This document shows positions 12,901 to 24,900 of a stretch of 54,783 bases of DNA, one piece after another (within the stretch, counting starts at the first letter, position 1; the number at the start of each line of letters is the position of its first letter). The DNA lies in the NCBI GenBank assembly GCA_002315255.1, contig DCGM01000106.1:9064-63846 (forward strand). Direction: 5' to 3'. The notes under the pieces were generated by a model. The model was not told where the DNA came from, did no database searches, and was given only the letters and a program-made list of their open reading frames with translations. This DNA is from Lachnospiraceae bacterium UBA1778 (GTDB lineage Bacteria > Bacillota > Clostridia > Lachnospirales > Lachnospiraceae). Position numbers and translations under genes: made by a program.

Positions 12901-15900
12901 TCAGACTGGACGCCTGCGCCGGATTCCGCGTAGAAGTAGACGTCATCATCCAGCGTATATCCATCCGCCGGAAGGAGGACGCCGTCCGAGAACGACTGTG
13001 CAGACTGTCCGTAGACATAGTAGTAGTAAGTAACGCCGGAAGCGTTCGTGTTCAGCGCTTCTTCGGTATAGGTGACGCGCTCATTGTACCAGCCGGAATC
13101 CTCAAACGTATCGAGGTCCGGAGTTACCGTAAACTGCGGGATGCGCGTATCAATGTTAATGTCAAATTCATCGGTTTCCGCACCTGCGAGGTACGAGGTT
13201 ACCGCGCCGCTCGCATTGAATGCGATAGCTGCGTTCGTGACCGCACGGAACTTAACGGTCGTGGTAAGGTCTGCTTCTCTGGGAGCCGTAACCGTGAGCT
13301 TCGCGCCTGTAACATTGGTGACCGGTGCGCCGTAGCCTGTGATCGTGGTCTGGCTCGTCGTCGTCAGATTGAAGTAGAAGCCGTTCACGGTTGCGCTCGT
13401 GACCCACTCGCTGCTTCCGTCGAGCTGGAACTCATAATGATGGATTCCGCTCATGCTTTCGCTTCCGGAAAGCGCATAGACCAGGTTATACGAGGTCCAG
13501 CTGCCGTCATAGCTTCCGACGATGGTGCTGCCGAGAATCTTATCTGAGCTGACTTCCGGTGCAGACGGGACTACAGTATCGACGAGGAACATGTCTTCTT
13601 TATCGCCGATTCGCTCATAGGCATCATTTCCCGCATAATCAAGCAGCTTAATCTCCATAAACGCCGCGAGCTGAATATCCGTGCTGTCCGTGAAATCAGA
13701 CATCATGAAGGAATCCGACTGCGACATATTACGCCGTGACGCGAACGCATGATCCAGATGATAATCCGACTGATCAATCCAAAGTACCGCCTCTGCATCC
13801 TTCAGGCCAGCGATGCCTTCGTCGTGATAGGTATAGGTCACTTTAATGTCACGGCCGAACAGAAGTCCGCCCGTAAGTGCGTTTAAGATGCCGGAAACAA
13901 CGCCGTCATTCACGATTTCGAACTTGACGCTGTCAATGACCGGTGCCATCTTATCGATGAGCACGTGCCAGGTATTCGAAATCTCGGAGACAACGCCGGA
14001 ATTCGAGACGGATGCAAACCGATAGTAGGTTTCATTGTAATAGTCAGCGGTCTGTTCAATGACGAATCCTGTCATATCTCCGATAATGCCGGTATAAGAA
14101 TACGGAGAAGACCAATTGCTCCAGTTCGTTCCATCCGAAGAGGTCGAGTAGAGCAACGAACGTGCGCCGCCAAACGGGCGGTTTCCGTCAGTATCGCTGA
14201 CGCTGACATAGAAGCGGACGTCTTCATTGATGAAGGTATCGGTGATATAATCGCCAGTTTCGGTCTCTTTGCTAAACTTCTTAACGACAAGCGTCGGAGC
14301 TGCTGCTACGCTGTTCGACAGTTTGATCGTCTGCTGATAGTAGAGTTTTTCCGTCGGGAGATACCCACGCGCGCCCGTATTCGTGTCGAGGCCGGCGTCA
14401 GAGGTCGCCTTAAAGGAATAGACGAGATCGGTATCGCTCGTAAAGTTAATATAGACATTACCATCGGCTTCCGGCGCAAGCTCCGTCCAGGTGACAGACG
14501 CGCTCGTCGGGTCACCCGTCGTATAGAAGTAATGGTTCGTCGAAACAGAGTCCGCCAGCGATAAGGTGATGCGGATATCCTGATCGGTCCAATCGCCAAA
14601 GTAGTCTTCAGTATCCTCTCCGAGCGTCTCTGCGGTAACCGTCAGATCCGGCTCCGAAAGGTCGATCTTCACCGTATGGGTTTCCGTCGTCGTATTATTC
14701 GCGCGGTCAGTTACAGTAAAGCTGATCTCATAGATGCCGCTTTCATAGAAATAGATGTTCTCTTCTGTTTCGCCTTTTCCGCTGCCGGTATTCGAATATT
14801 CGCCAAAATCATATACTCCTTGACCAGCTTGAGTAACCGAATAGGACCAGTTGTCAATGCCGGCATTCTCTTCGGTAATCGAAACATGGACGCACAGCCG
14901 GTTGTTTAAGTACTCGTAATCCGGCATGCGCATTCCGTTATCAAATATATTATTCCATCCTAACGAGTTCGGCTGGTTGTTGCTGTCCCGCGAGAACGTG
15001 ATGACCGGAGCAACATCATCGACGTGGAAATCCGCCAGTGACATAATGGCCTCGTTTCGGGTTCCCATAGCGGCATCTGATCCGTTAATCTGGAAATGAC
15101 CGGCATTATCGTAAGCAAAGAGATGGATCGATCCTTCAAAATTCGGGTCGATCTGGAATTTAGCGACATATGCCGTAGTGCTTCCGGAAACCGGAGTCAC
15201 GGTGATGTCTGCCGGATCTAAGAACTTCGGTGCGCCGTCCTTTTCGAGCAGCGCTACGCTGAAGTCATAGAAAGCTGCGCCGATATGGCCGATAGACTCT
15301 AGCTCCATACTAAACGGGACGCTGACCACAACAGCATCATTAAAGAAGAGGCCGAATGAAATCGAGTTTAAGAACCGGTCAAACTCGGACCGGTTGACAT
15401 GCTCATACGTGATGATGCCAAAGGCCGGAGCAGTCTCATCATAACGGAACATCACATTCTGCTCCGTCGGGTTGAAGGAATCGCCGAAGTCATCCGCCAA
15501 TGCGTCCGAAGAAGATGTGACCGACTTTACGGTATATTCTGCGCCGTCCGTATTTCCGCCCGGAACCGCGTAATCGAAGGTAGCATGATAGACGCCGCCG
15601 ACGGTAGCCGGAGCGACCACATTACATACGGAAGCAATAAAGGTACTCTCCAGCACACCGTCACGATAGATCTCGAAACGGTTGAACGGAGCGATAGAAT
15701 AAGAGTCGAGCTTCAGGATGACACGGTTATAGTCATCGTAGTTCACATAGTTGTCCGACTGATTCGGATATGGCTTCCAGGAAGATTCCTGCCCTGAGTT
15801 TCCGAAGTAAGCAGCTACGGAAGTTGTCGGAACGCCGGAGTCCTGCATGACGACGAGGGAATCCGTGATCACATTGCCGGCCGCATCTTCTGCCCGGAAC

Positions 15901-18900
15901 ATATATGTATGGACGCCTGCTGAAAGCGGAATTTCCGCGGAGCGGGTCGTGCCGTCAGAGGTCAATGTAAGCGGGCTGTAGGTCTGGTTTACGGCGTTTT
16001 CGTCGACCATGTACCAGCCTAAGGAAACAGGCGCAAAATTGTCCTGCGTAAACTTAACCGTCATACGGTCTTCCGTATACCAGCGGTCTTCATGCGGCTC
16101 GCCTGAGATCTCATAAGAGAGCGCGGTCGGGTCCTTCCTGTCGATGTGGATATGGTATGCGGAGGAAGCGGTTCCGGTCATTCCCGAATAAGAAACCGCA
16201 CGGAAAATAATATCTTCTACGAGGTTCGAGCCGGAGACACAGCTTGTCGAGAAGAGCACATATGTCTCTTCCTCATCCGCCCACTCGAGATCATTCCAAC
16301 GCGCGCCGCTGTCGGTGCTGTACTGGAACATCTTTACGCCGGAAAGGACTTCGCTTCCGGAAATCTTAAAGGTGACATTCCACTTCACCCAGTTCGAGGT
16401 CGTATTCGGATAAGCCACGACAGAATCAGCCGTCTGATCATAATACGTCACTTCGAGCGTCGGAGCCGCCGGCGGCACGTTATCGACCGTGAAGTCGACT
16501 AAGGTTACGACCGCACTCCGGTTATAGCGACCGTAATTTCCGCTCGCCACATCCGTATTTAAGGAGCTGTCCTCGGCGTACATGGAAACGTCGCCGCGGA
16601 AGTAATAATAGTCATTTCCGTTGATTCGACGGGTTGTCGCCGGAACCATGAAGCTTGCATAGTAGAGGCCGGTCGTCGCATCCTTCGTGATTGCTGCCGA
16701 ACGGTAAACGTTATCTGCGAGACCACGCTTATAATAGAGCGTCGTCAGCGGAGATGCTGCGATGATATTTTCATCGCCGTCTTCCGTCGTACGGGTGGAC
16801 GGGTCATTGATTTCCACAGTAACCTCGACCTGGTCATTAAAGAACAGGCCGCCGGTAAGCGTGTTCAGAAGTCGGGAAATCGAGTCATTATTTACGCGCT
16901 GATACGAGATCGTATCGGTCGTGAAGGCCGGAGCCGTCGTATCGAAGTTGACGATCGCCGGCGTCGGAATGACATAGGTACGGTCTAAAAGATCGCGGAC
17001 GCGGAAGTAAACCTTCACCTGCGTATCCGGATAATCTTCTGCCCGAAGCACGATGCTGTGCTCGGTCAATGCATCCGCCGAGAACTGATCGGAGAAGCTG
17101 ATCCAGCCTCCTTCCGAAAGCGTCTCGTCCCATGTCAGAATCTGGTACTCGAGCCATTCCGGCGTACCTAAAGAGCCGACCCCGTTCAGAATCGTACCGT
17201 AGGTCTTCACAAAGTCTGCGGTGATCGTCTGATCCGTGCTGTAGTAGTGGTCAGCGGTATAGTTTGAAATATTATGAATCTTCAGTTTCGAATCGGTCGC
17301 GTTCGGCGCGATCTTATCGATATACTTGATTTCAACGTTCGGTGACTGGTCGTCATGGCCGTTCGACATGTCGCCGATATTGCCGGCGTAGTCGCGGAGA
17401 CGGAACTGGAGGATCCGGTTCGCATTGAAGGTCAGCGTGAGGCCGTTTTCGTCCATATCGTAGGTCCACTCCGTCCAGGTGGTGCCGCCGTCTAACGAGT
17501 ACGCTTCGATGCCGGAGTTCTTACCCGAGAAATCATTTTCTATTTCTATGAAGTCATATGCATACCAGGTTAAAGTCACATCCGAAGAGTTCCATTCACT
17601 GTCCCAGTATTCTGGAATACCGGTAACCGCGATAACAGTCGGTGCGACGTTATCGAGGAAAATCGTACGGGAGTAGGTGCTTCCAATGTCAGGGTCAAGC
17701 ACATTTCCTGCTTGATCGATCACGCGATAGAAGATGGTAAATATGCTATTCTGGCAATTCGTCTGAATATCGTCGAGGAGCCCCGCTGCCGAATAGACTA
17801 CCCAAGCATCATCGGATACACCAGTGCCGTTATAAAACTGGTATTCAATCCGATCCAGTCCTGAAATACCCGCATCCGTCGAGATCGATGCGCTCTCGAT
17901 GCTCTGAAGACAGATACTGCCAGTATCGTAGCGATCCGTGACATCTGTACCGTTAATATAGATCAGCGACTCATCAAGAGACGGAACCGACATATCGACG
18001 CGGAACGTCACATACGCATCGGTCTCATTGCCGCTACGGTCAGTAGCGACGAGGTGGAGGACATAGAGGCCATCAGCCGAAACGGTCATCGTATACTCTT
18101 CCATCGGATCCGGTCCAAGGTCCTGGAGCTCCGTATACGCTTCTGTCGAGTAGATCGTTCCCGTCGTTTCAACCTTGTTAGTATTCGCGACTCCGTCCGG
18201 ATAACGCGTCAGTGTATAGGTAAGGGAAAGCAGCGTATTCAGATCGCCTTCATAATCGCGGGATTGCATAACAATTTCAGCAGGCCTGTTAAACCAGAGG
18301 CCGTCGCCGGATTCCAGGCTCAGCGGCTCGAGTTCGCCATAGCTGTTATTTTCATCGATAATCAGATCCCAGCCGCCGTCGATGTTATAGGTTGCCCCCG
18401 GTGCTGAAAGGACCAGACTGAGGTCCGGTGCGGAATTATCGGTAACGAGACCGACTGTCGTCCAGTAAGAATACGTATTATCGGCGATATCCGTCGCCTT
18501 CACATAGATGACGCCGCGGAAATCGTCTTCCAGCGTATAGGTAGTCTCTGTGCCGACTAAGGAGTACCAGGTATAATCGCCGGTCGCTTCATTGACCGTC
18601 GAAGAAGTATCCGGGAAGGCGGTCCCAGAATACTGTCTCGCTAAATAGATTTCCAGGCTCTTACGGCCGGAAATATCGAAGTCCACATCAAACGTGAAGG
18701 TCTGATGGTTATAGAAAAGACCGAAGGTCAGCGCTTCCATCAGGTTGCCGATGATGCTCTGGCTCTCGTCTCTGATATCGACGAGTTCCGGATCTGTCGC
18801 GTCAACCTTATAGGTATACGTTTTCTTCGTGTTATGGTTTCCGTTCGTGCGGCCGTCATAGAGATAGGTCGCGTCGAACGTCTGGAGTTCGATCGTATAA

Positions 18901-21900
18901 TAGCCGTCATCCAGCATCTCGAAAAAGACGCGTTCCTGGGTCGAACTGAAGTCAAACTCTGCGTTCCAGGTGCCTTCGCCGGTCGTTTCTTCGGTTTCAT
19001 AATACGCTTGACCATCAGCATCCCACTTCTTAAGGTAGACCGTTGTCGGATAAAGCACGCCGTCTTTATAGATCTTATATTCGGTGACGCGCGGAGCTTC
19101 CAATGCAGTCGCTTCTGCCGGGAAGTATGCGTTAAAAGCCAGCTGCGTGTTATACCAGCCCGCCGTATTCGGGAATGTCTCAGGAATGTAATCATTGGAT
19201 TCTTTAAACATGAGGAATTCCGAATATTCAGCAACGCTGTGGTGCCAGTCTAAAAACTCTCCCGGTGCCGTCTTCTGGATCAGAACCTCATAAGAGGTCG
19301 GGCCGTAATCCGGTTCTTCGACATAGATACCCTCGTAAACGACATAGGTTGCCAGCGTGTCATACGGATCCGTGACCGTCTCGACATCCTCTACGAGCGA
19401 GGTGTCGCCGATCAATGCCATGAAGCTGTAGTTCGCGTGCGTATTCTGGTCGAGCGTGAGCGTGAACCGTCCGCGTTCGTCCGCATGGATTAAGTGCCAA
19501 TCGCCGCCGTTTACATTGTAATAGAACTTCGCGCCGATATTCGCGTTCTGCGTACGGACGGTCTGTCCGTTCGGGTTGAAGATCAGGCCGTAGTAGTTCG
19601 CGGTGAAGGTAAGCGTCTTATTCGTCCATTTTCCGGTAAGTGCACCGTCATCATTTGTGATCTCTTCGTCCCAGATATCGTCGACGTTCTTCGTGATGAC
19701 GAGCTCCGGAGTCGTGTTATCGATCTGGATGAGCTGGGAGGTCATGTCATTGTAGACGTTTCCTGCCGTATCCGTGACGACGATCTTTACATAGTAACGG
19801 CCGTTGACACGCGTCGGATAGGAACCGTAGAACGGCTCGTTATAGAGCGAGAGGCTGTTCATCGCCGCCTGAAGCTCGCCGCTGTCCTGCGTCCAGGTTT
19901 CAATGAGTTCTTCCTCGCCGGTCTCGTAGTCGATATTGTAGAACTTGATATTATCGATACCGGAGGGGTTCGCATAGGTATAGAACTGAACGACTGCGCT
20001 TCTGTACCACTGGTCAGAGCTCAGCGTCCGATAGTTCGCATCTTCCGTATAATCCGGATCATTGTAGGTATGGTTACGGTCCGGTTCGTAAGCGGTCGTA
20101 CGCTTCGAGCCGATCACATGGTCGATACGGGAGTCGAGCAATGCGTCGTAAATATCGACGATAAAGCCGTTCGACGAAATGATCAGCGAGTTGTCCGCGT
20201 TATCCGTAAGACGCGCGAAATAGACACCGATGAAGTCTTTATCTTCATAAAGCTCACCCGTGCTCTCGTTATCCGGAGTCACCCAGCTGATCTGGTCGCT
20301 GACGATAGCTGCCCACTGCTGCGACGTCATCGCATTGATCTGAGCCGCGGTCATCGCTTCGATTGCAGCCTTTGCTTCTGCCGTCCGCACCGGAACGCGC
20401 AGGTATTCCAGCTTCTTGTAACCGGAAATGTCATAATTGCCGGTGACACGGAGCGTCTTTGTATTATTAAAGAGAAGGCCGAACGTGATCGTGTTCAGGA
20501 GCGCACGGAGCTGGTTCTCTTCTTCGATATAGAAGACCGGATCCGTCGGAGCCGTCGTATCCAGCTTGATCGTCGTCGAAGCCGTTACAGAACGTGAGAA
20601 GGTCTCATCCTGGACTGTGATCTCGAGCGTATAGATTCCGTCTTCGGTAAGATGGAATACCGTCGGTGACGGCACGTTCGCCGGATCGCTGATGACGATG
20701 GTGCCGGACTGGCCCGAAACAGCCACGCCATCCTTATAAAGCTGATAGTCCGTATAAACAGGCGCCTGAAGACGGCCGCTTCTAAGGATATGATACGGCG
20801 CGTAAAGGCTGACGTTCACCGGATCATTGAACCAGCCGGCGCTGTTCTTCTGCTGGTCATACGTGATCTTATAGGTCGAGTTTCCGCTGGCGTTCGTGAA
20901 GCCGTAAGCAGAGCTCGGGAAAGATTTCTGAATCTTAATCGTGTACGCGTCCGAGATCTGGTAGACACCGGAGGTAGTCGTGACGCGGAACTTGACATTT
21001 TCGTTAAAGTCTTCCGAGCAGGTGATCGAATTCACCGCCGTGCCGCTGGCATTGCGGATATCGGTCCAGGTATTTCCGTCATCGATCGAGTACGCATAAA
21101 CGAGCGGTGAAACCTGGTTCGGCGTGCTGAAGGAAGCCGTAACGTCCTTCTCCGTCCAGTAAGTCGTATCCGAGCTCGGATAAGCGCCATCAGAGGTCGT
21201 GATGTCGATCAGAAGGTCCGGGGTATGCGAGTCTACCTGCAGATGGCGGGACGCAGTCGTTACATTGCCGGCGCGGTCCGTAACGGTAACTTCGACATCG
21301 AAGATACCCTGCGTTTCCGTATTGATACCGTACTGCCAGAGGTAATAGCCGACGCCGTCGCTGTTCTGGAACGTGTCGTCAATGAGCTCGAGCTCACGGA
21401 GCGTCGTCTGCGTGCTGCGGCCGTAGTCACGGATTTCGCGGTAGATAACCGAGACAACGCCGGAATCCGGGATGTCATCCGTCGTATCTTCGCCTGCAAT
21501 GATCGTGATCAGCGGGTCAACATAGTACCAGTTGTTTAACATTCCGCCGCTGGCTGCCAGAGGCTGAAGCGTCGGGTCTTCATTTTCGAAAATCGTACCG
21601 TCGGTCTGGGTGACCGTGACATTGCCCGCATTATCGCGGACGCGGATGAACACGATACCGCCGAAATTGACCGGAATCTGGAACGTGCCGTCGGTAACCG
21701 TCGTCCAGATGCTGTTATTGAAGCCGTCGGGCTTTTCGAGGTTCGCCGGAATCTGGCCGTCCGAGATATTGTAAAGATAATAAGAGAAGCTTTCAAATCC
21801 GGAGAGCGAGCAGTCTGCGGTCAGATGGACCGTGCGATACCGCTCTTCATTCTGATAGAACCACTTGAATACGAGTGCGGACATGATCCGGTCAATGAGA

Positions 21901-24900
21901 CTGGATTCATTGTTCTCAATCGTGACAAACGCTTCATCCGGGTTCGTGAAATCCGAATGCGCCGTAAAGGTGACAGAATCCTTCTTGTTTCCGGCTTCAT
22001 CTTCGAGCCATACCGTCAGCGTGACGATATCGTCCACGAGAAGCTCGTAAAGGTCCGCAATGTTTCCGGCCGTCAGAGGGACAGAACCCGTCGTCGAATC
22101 ATCGTCTGCAGCTACGGTTCCGGTCGTCAGATTCTCATAGCGGTACCAGACAGAGATCGGAGCGGTTTCCGCATGATAGAACGGGTTGCCGATCTGATCT
22201 GCAACCTTTAAGCTGAATGTCGGATAATCGTCGACATAGCGGTACCACTGCTGATAAAAGCCGCCCACGCCGTCAATGATCGTACCGGTCGGGTTCACGC
22301 TCGCGACGATATCCGCAATCGTAAGGTCACGAAGGTGATCTGTCGTCTGCTGCATGGAAAGAAGGTACGTGTCGCTGTCGGAATAGAGGCCTGCATCCGA
22401 CATTAACGTGAAGTATACCGGCGTATTATGCGCCGTATCGCCTGTCAGCGTGAGGGTGTTCGTCGTGTCGTCCCAGCTCGGATAAAGGAGACCGTTTCCG
22501 GTGCTGATTTCGGACGGAAGGGTGAACTGAGTGCCCTTCAGCGTATAACGGACGCCGTTAATCGTGACAAACCAGGTGACCGGCGATTTATTCGTCGTCA
22601 GTTCTTCTACGACGAAGGAAGCGCTCTCGGTCGTCCAGGTGCCGTCTAACACGCCCGTGGTGCCGGTGGTACGGATCTGCGGAGTCTTTGAGTCTTTTAA
22701 AGCGAGCGAGTTCACGATATGAACGGCGCTCATGTTGCCCGTATTTGAAACGGCGCGGAAGTAGAACTGATAGATGCCGTCCAGCTCATACGGGAGATTT
22801 CCGTCGAGATTTAAGATGTTCCAGACGAGATTATTGTCGGAATCATAGGTCATCGGAAGCCAAGCCCAGTTCATTCCCTCTTCGTCCAGGGTGAAAAGGC
22901 CTTCCTCGTACGGAAGAACATTGCCGTCCGCATCGAGTTCCTGCCATGCGAACTCGAAATGGTCGAGCAGCATGCCAGGCGTCGTGCCGCCGGTCAATGT
23001 AAAGATGATATCGCTGCTGCCCCACTCGGAAATCCGGCGGGAATCATTATCACGTGCGTAGGAAACTACGACATCGCCCGGCGTCTTATTGTTCGTGACG
23101 AAGGATGCGAAGCGCGTGCTCACGTGGCCGAGATAGTCGGTCGAGCGGAAGTAGAGCGCATTGTTCTCGTTCGAGAAGGAGAATGCGGTGTAGTTATATT
23201 CCTGCCAGGTGATTCCGTCATACGAGTACTCAGTCGTAAACGGATGGTAGAAATCTAAATAGTTCGGATTGTTCGTCACTTCCCATGCCTGGAGATCTGC
23301 ATAGACGTCCTCGCTGAAATGGTAGGTGCGGCCGTCACGCTGGATGACAGGATCATAGCTTTCCGGGAAATCCGTGCCATATGGCGTGGTTGCGAAATTA
23401 ATTTCCGTAAGCGTCGGGGCCTCGCGGTCGATTGCGAGGTAGATCATCGAATAATGCTGGCTGTAGTTGTCATTATCATCGCAGACACGGAATGCGACTG
23501 CATAGAGGCCGTCATTCGGGAAGAGCGTCTCAAGCTCGGATACCGTGAGGGTATGGGTGTTCGTCGCATAATTTCCGGCCCAGGTGTTCGCATTGGTAAG
23601 GTCCGTAAAGTTCGTGAACCGGTTCTTGTTTTCCGGCGTCTTCACGAGCATCTGGCCGTTCTCAACCGTATAAATATCTAAGGTTTCGAGAGCGCCGTCC
23701 GCCAGATTGATGATCGAATACTGAAGTCTTTCCGGTGCTCCCGGCATTTCGGTGTAGGAAAGAACGATCTGCTGGATCACGTCGGTCCAGTCGGTATAAT
23801 GCGTATGCGCATCCGCATCGATCACCGGAACCGAGGTCGGGAACTGCGCCATACGGCCCTCGGTATCGAAGGTCAGCGTGTTTGAATAGTTCTGTCCGTT
23901 ATCTTCAGGACCGCAGTTGCCGGCATAAACGGTGAACGAATAGACGCCGTTTAAGTTAGCGTTGTTCGCTTTCAGGTCATCCGGAAGATGATATTTAAAG
24001 ATAATATGGCCGTTTTCGTCAAGATACCCCGGCTCGTCCGTACCATTGTCGATCGGGAGCAGATCGAAATCCTGATAAACGGTAGACGGGTCGCCATCAC
24101 GGACGAGACGCACGTTCAGGATTAACGGAGACTGCGGGAAATCCGCCTTCGACACATCGACATAGATAATATCGTCTGCCTGCGCATAGGTATTATCCTT
24201 TAAGCTGTAGTGGCCGTTTCCGTCATATTCCATACGGTCGACGCCGGAAAGAACGAGCGAAATCGAATTTAAGGTCGGGCGCTCGTCATCCTTTAAGATG
24301 TGCTTCGTGTGGAGCGTTCTCCGTCCCATGAAGTCTTCAATGACACAGGCGACATAGTAGTTGCCGTTCGGCGTTTCCGTCAGATTATCGCCTTCTGTGA
24401 CCAGGAAGCTGTAGCTGTAAACAAAATCATCATCCATCGTCTCACGGAGCGTGATGCGGTGGAGCTCGCCGGCATACGTGTCGACTACGTCCGGATCCGT
24501 CACGTCATCCGAAGAGAGGAACCAGTAGAGATAACGGACGCCGGAAGCGACTTCTTCAGGGCCGTCATCATGGATGTTCGTAAGCTCTACATAAACATCC
24601 TCGACCGTCCAGAAATCATTGTCATTCCAATCCTGCTCCGTCGTATCCATATCGAAGAGCGGGTCTAAATTATCGATCGTCACGCGGCGGTTCACCTGAT
24701 ACGGGAAGGATTCATTTAAGACATTATCCGTCGCAATGATCTCCGGCATACCCTGATATTCATAGCGGCGTTCCATATCGGTGCGGTTCACGTAGAACGC
24801 GACATGGTAGGTGCCGTTTCCGTTATTTGTGACACTCGTCAGATTCTTCGTGTTCTCTTCCGTCGAAAGGATGATTTCTGCAGCTTCGCCGTCGTCATCC

